Shown here: positions 37,637-47,587 of the stretch, in pieces | Position numbering within the stretch: position 1 is the stretch's first letter | Layout of the letters: the number at the start of each line of letters is the position of its first letter | From: Solirubrobacteraceae bacterium | GTDB taxonomy: Bacteria > Actinomycetota > Thermoleophilia > Solirubrobacterales > Solirubrobacteraceae | Direction: 5' to 3' | Assembly: GCA_051001735.1 (NCBI GenBank) | Contig: JBPCNA010000060.1 | Span: forward strand, 1-62,853 | Length of the DNA stretch: 62,853 bases | The notes under the pieces: model-generated | The model's database searches: none | Seen by the model: the letters and a program-made list of their open reading frames with translations, nothing else | What the model was told of the DNA's origin: nothing | Position numbers and translations under genes: made by a program

Positions 37637-39304
37637 GTGAAGCAAGCGAGCCGCGATCTGAGCTTCGTCGGTCAGCCCGCGGTTCCGCGGGTCTACGTCT
37701 GCGGGCATCGCAACCCCGACACCGATTCGGTCGCCGCGGCGATCGGCTACGCCGAGTTGAAGAACCGGCTCGATCTCGAGAACGAGTACGTCCCCGTCCG
37801 CCTCGGCGACGCCAACGCCCAGACCGAGTGGCTGATCAGGCGCAGCGGCGCCGCCCTCCCCGACTTCCTCGCCCACGCCAAGCTCCGGGTGCGCGACGTG
37901 ATGCGGACCGACTTCCCGACGGCCAACGGCCGCGATCCGGTCCGCTCGGTCGGCCTGTTGATGGCCGCGGCCGGGCTCGACCTCGTGCCGATCGTCGACG
38001 ACGCCGGCGTCCTCTCCGGCGTCCTGACCGAGCGGGCGCTGGCCCGCCGCTACATCCGCGAGTCGCGCGAGGCTTCCCGGCTCGACGCGCCGACCGAGAT
38101 CGGGGCCATCGTCACCGTCCTCGGCGGCCGCCTGCTCGTCGGCGAGGACCGCCTGATCCGGGGCCGCGTCTGGGTGCAGGCGATGGACAGCCGGTCTCCG
38201 AGCCGGGTCGGACCGGGCGATGTCGTCGTCGTCGGCGACCGCCCCGACTCCCAGCAGCGGGCGATCGAGGCCGGTGTCGACCTCCTGGTCACGAGCAACG
38301 GCACGACGCCCGAGAACCGCATCCTCGACCTGGCCAAGCAGACGGGGACGGCGGTCGTCGTCTCCGACCTCGACAGCTACGTCACGAGCCGGATGATCAC
38401 CCTCTCGGCGCCGTGCCGCGCCCTGCTCGAGGGCGATCCGTTGACCACCGGGGGCAACGACCTCGTCTCGGACATCGCCGATCAGATCAAGGACGTCCAC
38501 TACCGGGCGGCGGTCGCCGTCGACCAGGCCGGCCGGCCGCTCGGCCTGGTGACGCGGTCGGATCTCGTCGGCCCGAAGCTCCGCCGCGTCCTCCTCGTCG
38601 ACCACGCCGAACGCGCGCAGAGCGTCCCCGGCATCGAGGAGGCGGAGATCGTCGAGATCCTCGACCACCACCACATCGGGTCGATCGAGACCAAGCTCCC
38701 GGTCACGGCGACCTTCGACCCGGTCGGGTCGACCGCCACCCTGGTTGCCGAGCGCTTCCGCCAGGCCGGGATCGACCCGCGGCCGGCGACGGCGACGATG
38801 CTGCTCGGGGCGGTCCTCTCGGACACTGTCCTGCTCACCTCGCCGACGACGACCGAGCGGGATCGGCGGGTCAAGAGCTACCTCGAGGGACTCCTCGAGC
38901 TCGACGGGAGCGCGTTCGGGCGTGAGATGTTCGAAGAGAGCTCAGATGTCTCGCGGGTCGCGGCCGCCGATCTCGTCGTCCGCGATCTCAAGGAGTACGA
39001 GCTCGACGGCGGGCGGAAGCTGAGCGTGGCCCAGATCGAGACGGTCGGGAGCGCCCTCAACGAGCGGATCGACGAGCTGCTGGCGGCGGTCGTCGCCAAC
39101 CGTGACCGCAGCGACCGGCTGCTCTCGGCGCTGATGGTCACCGACATCCTCGCCCGCAGCACGGTGCTGCTCGTGGCCGGACCCGACCAGATCGTCGAGC
39201 AGGCCTTCGGCCGCCGGCCGGTCGACGGGATCATCGAGCTCCCCGGGGTGATGAGCCGCAAGAAGCAGGTCGCCCCCGGCCTGCTCGCCGCCGCCGCCAC
39301 CTGA
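37637..39304 (+). CDS. CBS-domain-containing family II (DHH/DHHA2) manganese-dependent inorganic pyrophosphatase
   Basis: VYVCGHRNPDTDSVAAAIGYAELK (DHH N-terminus), two CBS-like segments, VDHAERAQS..EILDHHHIG, and a DHHA2 end. Start set at GTG 37637 inside ORF 37559..39304. Confidence 0.85.
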   Translation: MKQASRDLSFVGQPAVPRVYVCGHRNPDTDSVAAAIGYAELKNRLDLENEYVPVRLGDANAQTEWLIRRSGAALPDFLAHAKLRVRDVMRTDFPTANGRDPVRSVGLLMAAAGLDLVPIVDDAGVLSGVLTERALARRYIRESREASRLDAPTEIGAIVTVLGGRLLVGEDRLIRGRVWVQAMDSRSPSRVGPGDVVVVGDRPDSQQRAIEAGVDLLVTSNGTTPENRILDLAKQTGTAVVVSDLDSYVTSRMITLSAPCRALLEGDPLTTGGNDLVSDIADQIKDVHYRAAVAVDQAGRPLGLVTRSDLVGPKLRRVLLVDHAERAQSVPGIEEAEIVEILDHHHIGSIETKLPVTATFDPVGSTATLVAERFRQAGIDPRPATATMLLGAVLSDTVLLTSPTTTERDRRVKSYLEGLLELDGSAFGREMFEESSDVSRVAAADLVVRDLKEYELDGGRKLSVAQIETVGSALNERIDELLAAVVANRDRSDRLLSALMVTDILARSTVLLVAGPDQIVEQAFGRRPVDGIIELPGVMSRKKQVAPGLLAAAAT

Positions 39305-39311
39305 GTCGGCC

Positions 39312-39800
39312 GTGCGCCTGGCCATCATCAGCGACACCCACCTCCCCGGCGGCGGGCGGACGATCCCCGCCGGGTGCCTCGACCGCTGCCGCGAGGCCGA
39401 CGCCATCCTCCACGCCGGCGACCTCGTCGACGTCGGTGTCCTCGAGTTGCTCCGCTCGCTCGGGCCGCCGGTCCACGCGATCCACGGAAACGTCGACGAC
39501 GCCGAGGTCCGCGCGCTTCTCCCCGCTCGTCTGGAGCGGGAGTTTGCCGGCGCCCGGATCGGCCTGATCCATATTCCGGGTCCGGCACTCGGCCGGCTGG
39601 AGCGCCTCCGGGCCGCGTTCCCCGAAGCCGGAGCGGTGATCTTCGGGCACACCCACATGCCCGAGCACGCCGAGCGCGGCGGATTCCAGATCTTCAACCC
39701 CGGCTCGCCGACCGAGCGCCGCCGGGCGCCGAAGCACACGATGGGGATCGGGACGGTCAGCGGCGGGCGCGTGCGGTTCGAGCTGGTCGAGGTCGGCTAG
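39312..39800 (+). CDS. YfcE/MJ0936-family metallophosphoesterase
   Basis: RLAIISDTHLP, HAGDLVD, IHGNVD, VIFGHTHMP. Confidence 0.85.
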   Translation: MRLAIISDTHLPGGGRTIPAGCLDRCREADAILHAGDLVDVGVLELLRSLGPPVHAIHGNVDDAEVRALLPARLEREFAGARIGLIHIPGPALGRLERLRAAFPEAGAVIFGHTHMPEHAERGGFQIFNPGSPTERRRAPKHTMGIGTVSGGRVRFELVEVG

Positions 39801-39805
39801 CGATC

Positions 39806-40749
39806 TCAGAAGCGGCGACGCCGAGTCGTCGTCGCGGCGAATGGGTGCAGGTAGCGGTTTTGGAACGCCGGTGTTCGGGGCGGCAGGAAGAACACCGAGC
39901 CGGGAACGCCCCAGAGCCCGTTCCAGGCGTCCCATGACGCCGGGACGCCCCCGACCTCGGGCAGGAGGCGCACGCAGTGGCGCGCGCAGGTGGAGCTCTG
40001 GTTCTCGACCCAGGCGCTCCGCCCGTTGAAGCGGCCCTCGGGGAGCGTGCTCTCGGTCTGCGCGCACGACCCGGTCCGGCAGGCCCTCGGGTAGGCCGCG
40101 TGGCTGCCGGCCGCCAGATAGACGCGCACGTGGCGCCCGCCGTCGATCCGCGACACCGCGGCCCGGTAGCGCCAGACGCTCGAGTGCGCCGCGAAGTGCA
40201 CCTCCTTCACGCGCCGGCCGGAGGCGTCGACCACCACCGTCACGCCCTCCCAATCGCCTTCGTGGCGATCGACGAGAAACGCGTTGTAGCGGAGAAACCA
40301 CCAGTAGTCGATCGCCGTACGCCCGCCGGTCCGGCTGACGTGGGCGTAGATCAGGGAGCGGCGACCCTGGTCGCAGTCGAGCAGCGTGGGCTTCGACTTG
40401 GCGCAGGTCGCGATATCCGGCGCCGAGGCATCCCCGCCGTCGGCGCGCGTGCCGCGGAGGTCGAGGTACTGGACCGCCGGGGTCAGCTGGGCAATCGATG
40501 TGAGCGGAGCGCACGCCGACCCGGTCGCGGCCGGCGGGCACACCTGATGACCGGGCTCCGCGAGGAAAACGTCGACGTCGACCGGTCGCCAGAGCTCGGC
40601 GGAGTCGAAGAAGAGGTGCGGTTGGAAGCGGAGCGCGAGGTCGAGCGGCGAAGTGCCGCCGCCGAGGCCGCCGGGAGTGAGGCGAGCAGGCCGAGCGCGA
40701 GGATCGTGGCAACGACCCTCGCCCGGCTGCTGCTGGTGAGCGCACCCAC
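39806..40749 (-). CDS. secreted Vps62/DUF946-like protein, frame broken near 40650-40665
   Basis: GTG 40749 gives signal VGALTSSSRARVVATILALGLLASLPAASAAA (ORF 40483..40749). The mature part is one frame off in ORF 39806..41011 (SPLDLALRFQPHLFFDSAELWRP...DYWWFLRYNAFLVDRHEGDWEGVTVVVD). Upstream of 40749 the long ORF is antisense to the ADH gene region. Confidence 0.55.
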
Positions 40750-40922
40750 GAATCGGCAGGGTCGCAGGTTTCCGAGGCGCCCGGTGACGGATCGGCGACG
40801 TAGATCCGGCGGCGAAGGTAGGAACGGTAAGAGAGGCCGCCGCCGGTGTCGTGAAGATTCCCGGCGTTCGGGACGGCTGCGACCGTCGATTAGCGACGGC
40901 GGAGGCGGGTAGGCCGCGGCCC

Positions 40923-42110
40923 ATGCGAGCTCTAACCTGGCACGGCACCCGCGACGTCCGCGTCGACACGGTTCCCGACCCGACCATCGAGAAGCCCACC
41001 GACGCGATCATCCGCGTGACCTCGAGCGGGATCTGCGGATCGGATCTGCACCTCTACGAGGTGCTCGGAGCGTTCCTTGATGAAGGCGACATCCTCGGCC
41101 ATGAGCCGATGGGGATCGTAGAGGCGGTCGGGTCCGAGGTCATGCACATCACCCCGGGCGATCGTGTCGTGATTCCGTTCAACATCTCCTGCGGCCGCTG
41201 CTTCATGTGCGACCGCGGCCTCCAGTCGCAGTGCGAAACGACGCAGGTCCGCGAGCAGGACACCGGCGCCGCGTTGCTGGGCTACACCAAGCTCTACGGC
41301 CAGGTTCCCGGCGGCCAAGCCGAGTACCTGCGGGTCCCGCAGGCTCAGTACGGCCCGATCAAGGTGCCCGACGGGCCGCCGGATGACCGCTTCGTCTACC
41401 TATCCGATGTTCTGCCGACGGCCTGGCAGGCCGTCGAGTACGCCAACGTCCCCGACGGCGGGACGGTGCTCGTGCTCGGTCTCGGACCGATCGGGGAGAT
41501 GGCGACCCGCGTTGCGCAGCACCGCGGGGCCGGCCGGGTCCTTGCCGTCGACCTCGTTGCGGAGCGGCTCGAGCGCTCCCGCAGTCACGGCGTCGAGGCG
41601 CTCAACCTGACCGAGTACAACGGCGATCTCCCCGAGGCGGTGCGCGAGCTGACCGACGGCCGCGGCGCGATGTCGGTCATCGACGCCGTCGGCATGGAAG
41701 CTCACGGCGCTCCGGTCGGCAAGCTCGCCCACCGCATCGCCGCCGCTCTCCCTGACGCCGTGTCGCGGTCGCTGACCGAGAAAGCCGGGATCGACCGGCT
41801 CAGCGCGCTGCACATGGCGATCGAGCTTGTCCAACGCGGCGGGACCGTCTCGCTGTCCGGGGTCTATGGCGGCGCGGTCAGCCCGATGCCGCTGATTCAG
41901 ATGTTCGACAAGCAGATCAACCTGCGAATGGGCCAAGCGAACGTCCGGCGCTGGGTCGAGGGCATCATGCCCCTCCTGGCCGGCGAAGACGATCCCCTCG
42001 GCGTCGAGGAGTTCGCCACCCACCACGTCCCCTTGGAACAGGCGCCCCGCGCCTACGAGATCTTCCAGAAGAAGGAAGACAACGCTTTCAAGATCCTCCT
42101 CAAGCCGTAG
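40923..42110 (+). CDS. zinc-dependent alcohol / formaldehyde dehydrogenase-like MDR oxidoreductase
   Basis: ATG 40923 (MRALTWHGTRDVRVDTVPDP). GICGSDLHLY, GHEPMGIVEAVG, CGRCFMCDRGLQSQC (structural zinc), LVLGLGPIG Rossmann motif. Confidence 0.85.
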   Translation: MRALTWHGTRDVRVDTVPDPTIEKPTDAIIRVTSSGICGSDLHLYEVLGAFLDEGDILGHEPMGIVEAVGSEVMHITPGDRVVIPFNISCGRCFMCDRGLQSQCETTQVREQDTGAALLGYTKLYGQVPGGQAEYLRVPQAQYGPIKVPDGPPDDRFVYLSDVLPTAWQAVEYANVPDGGTVLVLGLGPIGEMATRVAQHRGAGRVLAVDLVAERLERSRSHGVEALNLTEYNGDLPEAVRELTDGRGAMSVIDAVGMEAHGAPVGKLAHRIAAALPDAVSRSLTEKAGIDRLSALHMAIELVQRGGTVSLSGVYGGAVSPMPLIQMFDKQINLRMGQANVRRWVEGIMPLLAGEDDPLGVEEFATHHVPLEQAPRAYEIFQKKEDNAFKILLKP

Positions 42111-42376
42111 GAGCAGTGGCCCGCGTCAGCGGGCGCGGCCGATGAGCTCGCGAACGAGTCCCATGCCGCTGCACTTCTCGCGCCGCTCCCGCTTTGCCGG
42201 GGTGGGTTGCCGGGAACCGACAAGGCTACGAGCCTGCTCGTCGCGCGGCCGGCTACGCGACAGTTTCAGCGCATTGCCGCGGCCGGGATACTCGCGGCCG
42301 CGGCTCGAGCGCCACTGACACGTGGGGGGATCCGGCGTGGCCGTGCCCGAGGGGTCGATCGAGAAGCGGCTACCTC

Positions 42377-44808
42377 TCAGGTGGCTCGGGCGAGGTACCT
42401 GCGCCCGGCCCGGACGACGATCTGGAGCCTACGGCGGAAGTCGCTGACCACGACCACCCCCCGCTTGACCGCCGTCAGTGTCCCGTCACACCGATCGGTC
42501 GTCGTCCAGTCGGTCCCCCGCACCGTGGCCGAGCTGTAGCGGCCGCGGGTCCGGAACCTGCCCTTGGCGTTCGCGCGGAGCGCGTTGAGGACGGTCTTGG
42601 GGAGCGCTCGCTTCGCAGCCGTCTGTGCCTTACCGGCGGCGGCGGCACACGCCTTGCCGGACCCGCTCCGGGCGACCAGCGCGAGCTCGGTGAGCCCGCG
42701 CAGGCGACGATTCTGAAGGACCTTGAACACGCCGGAGCCGAAATCGCCCGACTGGGTCCGGCCCCGAGTCGCCGTGGCGCTCGTCAGCCGCGCGACGCCG
42801 CCGGTCGTGTCGAAGGTCGCGCCCACCGGGAGCTGGCGCGCCTCGGTCAGCGGAATGAACCCGACGCCCTTCGCCGCGCTCGCATGGGCCGAGGCGACGT
42901 GCCCCTTTCCGGGAAGGAGGATAAACACGGTGCCACTGATCGGGGTCGCGTTGACCGCCTTGCCGAGCACCGGCGGCGGCGGCGGCGGGTCCGTCGCCGA
43001 CCTGAACGTCGCGTCGGCGCCCGCGATCTTCCCGGCTGCGTTGGTGGCGACCGGGCGGAAGTGGTAGGTGGTGTTGGGGAGGAGTCCGGCCACCCGCGCG
43101 GTGACCGTGTGGTTGGCGAAATCGGACCCCACCGACTGCTCCGGCGTGGTTGCCGGGTAGGTGATGGCCGCCGCGGTAGCGCCGCCATAGGGCCGCGAGT
43201 ACTCGAAGTGCGCCGTCGTCGGCAGCCCCTGAGGATTGATGGTCGCCGTGAACTCCACGCTCGAGCTGCTGATTACCTTCGCCGCTCCGGTGAGCGACAC
43301 GGTCCCCGGCGAGCCGACCAGCTTGGGCGGACCAGTCGGTGAGGCCGGCGGCCGCTGACCGGAGTTCCCGCTGCCGCCGGAGCCTGCCGGCATTCCGGCG
43401 GGCATGCCCGTCGGCGGCGGTCCCGGCGGCGGGGGCGTGAAGCCGGGGGGCGGCGTGACATAGGTGTAGCGGTCGGCCGGGCTGACCGGACTCGTCCCCG
43501 CGGGCGTCGTGACCGTCACGTCGACGGTACCGCTCCCCGCCGGAGCGAGCGCGGTCAGCTGGGTCCCGGCGGCGTTGACGCCGAGCACCTCTCCCGGCTT
43601 CGAGCCGAAGGCGATTCCCGTCGCGCCCTGAAGGTTGCTGCCGAAGACGACCACGCCCGTCCCGCCCGTGGTCACCCCGGATGCCGGCGCCACCCCGGTG
43701 ACCACCGGTGGCGGTGGAACGTAGGTGTAGCGATCGGCCGAGCTCGTCGCGGTCGCACCCCCCGCCGCCGCCACCGTCACGTCCACGACCCCCGACCCGG
43801 GCGGCGCCGCGGCCGTGATCTGAGTCGGGCTGTCGACGGTGAACACCGTCGCCGTCGCCGAGCCGAAGTCGACGGCCGTGGCGCCGGTGAAGCCGGTCCC
43901 CGTGATCGTCACCGCCGTCCCCCCGGACTCGGGGCCCGACGGCGGATGGAGGCCGGTCACGGTCGGCCGCGGGATGTAGGCGTAGAGGTCGGCCGGGGCG
44001 GTCGGGCTCTTCCCGCCCGGCGTCGTCACCGTCACGTCGACCGTGCCCGAACCGGGCGGCGCCGTGGCCGTGATCTGAGTCGGGCTGTCCACGGTGAACG
44101 CCGTCGCGGGCGCCGAGCCGAACCCGACGGCGGTGGCCCCGGTGAAGCCGGTGCCGGTGATCGTCACCGGCGTTCCCCCCGCTTCAGGACCGGATGAGGG
44201 GCTGAGGCCGGTCACCGTCGGTGCTCCCATGGGGTTGGGCGACGGCGGCCCCGGCGTGATGTCGGTCGCGGAGAGCGTGTCCTCGAGGGAGAAGTAGGCG
44301 CTTCCCCCCGGGGGTATCGGCGGGGAGAAACTGACCGTTCCGGACATCATGTCGGTGCTGATGGCGCCGAAGCTCGTACCCGGCCCCTCGTAGCCGGTGG
44401 GACCGAACGGGCAGCCCGTGGGACCGGGGTTGAAGCCCGAGCAGATGCCGTCGCTCTCGAACCCGAAGATCGGCAGGGTGGTGGAGCTGAGGGGGAGGCT
44501 GCCAACCGGAGCGCTCGACTGGTTGAGGATGCCCACCAGCGTGTCGTCGGAGCCGTCGTACGGTCCGACGCTCGGATTCGGATCGCCGTACACCATGGCT
44601 CCGGTGTCGGTCACCACGATCAGGATCGCGCAGGACGGGTCCGACCCGATCGGCGGGCACTGATGGAACGGTGGCGAGGGGGCGAGGGCTGCGAGGCCGC
44701 GGACGCCCCCACCGCGCATACCGCTAGGACGGACACGCCCACGAGGAGCGCAGCCACCAACCGCCGCCACGAACTGCCGCCCCCGCCGCTCCACTCCCGC
44801 ACATTCAT
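42377..44808 (-). CDS. large secreted protein: Cys-rich N-domain, three IPT/TIG domains, Pro-rich linker, Fn3-like domain; frame broken at the G5 run 44678-44682
   Basis: ATG 44808 gives signal MNVREWSGGGGSSWRRLVAALLVGVSVLAVCAVGASA (ORF 44620..44808). The body is one frame off in ORF 42377..44824. IPT/TIG units PTVTGLSPSSGPEAGGTPVTITGTGFTGATAV.FGS. Fn3-like FTATINPQGLPTTAHFEYS...TYHFRPVATNAAG. Confidence 0.8.
43457..44224. repeat. three tandem ~85-aa IPT/TIG coding repeats (first two highly similar at nt level)
   Basis: Protein residues ~201-456 of the IPT/TIG gene. Repeated strings include ccggtgaagccggt(g/c)cc(g/c)gtgatcgtcac and gtgatctgagtcgggctgtc(c/g)acggtgaac. Confidence 0.8.
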
Positions 44809-44917
44809 GCGTCACCCCCGGCACGCTTTAAGTGCCGCAGATGATAGCCGGGCAGACCGCACTGTCAAATTGGCTCTCCTGACGTTTCCGTGGGTCGGTT
44901 GGGCGTGTTTCACTCGG

Positions 44918-45320
44918 CTAGCGGGGGCAGAGGTCGGCGAGGGCGAGCATCGCGAGGGCGAGCAGCGCGTCGGGGCTGTGGAACCCGAAGGCGCGGCGGA
45001 TGATCAGCCGGATCTGGGCGTTGATCGCCTCGACCCGGGCGCTTGACAGTCCGTGCTCGATCGCGGCGGTGACGCCGGCACGCTGAGCGGTGATCGTCCG
45101 GGCGAGCTTCTGAAACGGCGCGAGACGAGATCGGCGGGCCCACTTGAGCCACCCGTCGAGCAGTGCGGTCGCCGCCGCGGCGGGCAGTCGGTAGATCTGG
45201 CGCAGCTGCTCCTGGAGTAGGTACGCGCGGTACAGCGGCTGGTTGGTCTTCTGGATCGTGGCGAGCTGGATGGCGTGGAACGGATCGACGCAGCGCACCG
45301 CCGGGGGGAGCCGGTCGGCG
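44918..45320 (-). pseudogene. ISL3-family transposase relic (C-terminal part with internal deletion)
   Basis: VDPFHAIQLA...LLDGWLKWARRSRLAPFQKLARTITAQRAGVTAAIEHGLSSARVEAINAQIRLIIRRAFGFHSPDALLALAML matches the end of DDE_Tnp_ISL3 proteins. The N-terminal two thirds are missing. Confidence 0.7.
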
Positions 45321-45339
45321 ACACGTCCGGAGATGGGTT

Positions 45340-45779
45340 GCCGTTATTTAGGAGCGCCGGACCAACCGACAAGTAGCCGGCTTCGGCTCCTGGGCCGTCA
45401 AGGCGGAGTCGCGGAGCTGACGCACCGTCCAGCCGGTCTTGCTGAGCTTCAGGGAGGTCTGCTCTAAGCTAAGAGGTACGCGGCGCGTGGGTAGGACAGC
45501 CGGCCGCGGCCGGTGACCGGGGCATTGGTCGCTGTCGCGGGCGCCCGCGACAGCGCGGGCCGGCGGCCGGCGAGGAAGATCGGCCCCCTGCGCGGTCGCC
45601 GATCAGTTTTGGCAACAGGCGCGCGGATCCGGATTGGAAGTGCAGCCAGTCGTTGTCGCCGCCCTTGCGTCTTACGCGCAGCCGCTCGTTCTCGAGGTCC
45701 GGGATGTCGGCGGACAGGATGTCCTCAGCGCGGGGCAGCCGTCTCGTACAGCAGTCGCCAGAAGCATTCGTCCGGCGTC
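45340..45779 (-). pseudogene. tyrosine recombinase (phage-integrase family) relic with several frame breaks and altered catalytic residues
   Basis: The reverse strand, pieced over three frames, reads FWRLLYETAA(P)RAEDILSADIPDLENERLRVRRKGGDNDWLHF...PIFLAGRRPA...GRGRLSYPRAAYL...TGWTVRQLRDSALT. The usual HxLRHS box reads RQLRDS, the N-terminal core-binding domain is absent, and the C-terminus runs into the ISL3 relic. Confidence 0.6.
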
Positions 45780-46284
45780 ACTGACCCTCGTGGGCACTGG
45801 CCTGCGTTTGGTCCGTATCGCTGCCTTGCGGGGTGGGGTGTGCCGCTCTCGTCGTGACCCGTCGCTCCCACTCATCCCAGACGGACGCGAGCGCGGGCGC
45901 TATCTCGGAGCTCTGAGTGCCGCCGCCGTGCAGGATGGCCGCGAAGGTCACTGCTACAAGCGCGCGAGAGTCCTCCATCCGGAGATAATCGAGTGCCGCC
46001 AGCAGCCCGACAGGTTGCGTGGCGGTCATTGCCAGATCATCCAAGAGCTTCGCGCCCTGGGTCAGGACATCTACCAGGTCCGCGCTTGCCGCCCACCTGA
46101 AGCTCTCGACTACTTCCATGGCCGCCTCGGCCCGCACCCCCGTCAACACTAGGCGCGCTTCCGCGAGCGCCTCCAAGGCGTCACGGTCGCCGAGCGAAAG
46201 GCGCTCGACGATTACCTCCCTCTCGTCCGCGGGCAGAGCCGCCAGAGCATCTAGGAGACGAACGATCCGATCGTCAAGGCTCAT
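45778..46284 (-). CDS. hypothetical protein
   Basis: 168-aa helical, acidic ORF with moderate GC. Its TGA overlaps the GTG of the recombinase relic (GTGA). No family recognised. Confidence 0.45.
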   Translation of the reverse strand: MSLDDRIVRLLDALAALPADEREVIVERLSLGDRDALEALAEARLVLTGVRAEAAMEVVESFRWAASADLVDVLTQGAKLLDDLAMTATQPVGLLAALDYLRMEDSRALVAVTFAAILHGGGTQSSEIAPALASVWDEWERRVTTRAAHPTPQGSDTDQTQASAHEGQ

Positions 46285-47044
46285 CGGACGAGCACGATAC
46301 CCCGTTCGTCGTATCCAACCTGGATCTGCTAACCGGACGACCGCGGTCCTCAGGTGCAGGCGCTCGAGTTCGGTCGAGCGTCCGGCGCCCGCCGTCGATG
46401 CGATCGGTCTCTCGGGCCGCGTGAGAGGCCGCCGCCGGAGGTCGCCGTGGTTGGTCGCCGCCGCGACGCCTTAGAGGCGATGCGAACGAACAGTGAGGGA
46501 AAATCGGCGCTCCATTGCCTGCGCATCCGCAGTCGGGCGGGGCGACGGCGGGCGAGAACGGATCTGAGGCAGGCGCCCGCGAGTCGGACCCTGCCGTAGC
46601 GCGCGAAGAGGCACCCGCCGCTTGGCGTGATGCTGCACGTTACGGCGGGCGCCGACGAGCCGGAGGGCCGCCGGCGAAGGCCGCGGCCCGCCGAACACGG
46701 CCGTCGGCGGCCTCATCCGCCAAGCCCAGACCTGGGTCCTGCCGAGCTAGGCCCGGCGGCGGCCGTCGGGGCCCCGGAAGCGACCCAAAGCAGGCGGTTC
46801 GCGCCAACGAGATTGATCGCCCCGCCACCGCGATCCCTGGTGGCGATGTCGTTCCCCGGCGGAAACGGGCTTGCCCCCGACGCCGGCTGCGCGCCCGCAG
46901 CGTGGGCCGTCGACACGCGCGGCCGGGTGTTCCCGCCGATGGCGGTGCGGTCGGCCGGCGAGCGGCGGCCCGAACCGGGACGGCCACGCCTGCCTGGGGG
47001 ACGCGGCTGGGGAACATCTGCTGTCGGCCAACGTTCGCCTGAGT

Positions 47045-47068
47045 CGAAAGAGCGAAAGAGCGAAAGAG
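47045..47068. repeat. tandem repeat (CGAAAGAG)x3
   Basis: cgaaagagcgaaagagcgaaagag read directly, 25 nt beyond the 3-prime end of tRNA-Val. Confidence 0.9.
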
Positions 47069-47092
47069 AACGATTTGCAGGCAATTCCAGAG

Positions 47093-47166
47093 TGGGCGGT
47101 CACGGGCTCGAACCGTGGACCTCCTGCGTGTAAAGCAGGCGCTCTGACCAACTGAGCTAACCGCCC
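47093..47166 (-). tRNA. tRNA-Val (anticodon TAC)
   Basis: Reverse strand gggcggttagctcagttggtcagagcgcctgctttacacgcaggaggtccacggttcgagcccgtgaccgccca: acceptor GGGCGGT/ACCGCCC, anticodon loop TTTACAC, T-loop TTCGAGC. No encoded CCA. Confidence 0.9.
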
Positions 47167-47587
47167 GCGCCGCCAGGCAAGGCTACTGTCGACGACCAGG
47201 CTACCCGCCCGCCCGATCAACCGATCAACCGCTACCAGTCCTTGAATCACGCAATTTGTCGGCTCGGCATCGGCGTCTTCCGGCTGTCGCTCGTCAGCGT
47301 CCCAGCGTTCCTCCGGTACAAGGGCGACAAGGGCAGCGTCGGCGCCAGCGCCGTACGCGACCGAACGGTGCCCGCGGGCGAGGAGTCCATATCGGCCCGG
47401 ATTTCTTCTCCGGGATACTGACCCGCAGTTGCCCCACGATCGCCACGGTGCGTTCCGGGCCCCCGGCGACGGCGTGCTCGTGAGGCACTCCATCTCCGCT
47501 CGTTGGTTGTGTTGTCGAGTCCACGCTAACCATTGACGGGAACTGTAAAGACGTTTCGCGGGCGACCTGGGGGGAAACGGTGCGGAA

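Noticed and set aside
42110-42377. Open reverse-strand frame (…CQWRSSRGREYPGRGNALKLSRSRPRDEQARSLVGSRQPTPAKRERREKCSGMGLVRELIGRAR)
   Set aside because: It has protein-like stretches but no ATG/GTG/TTG start that would give more than 12 codons. No family was recognised and it is not in the ORF track.
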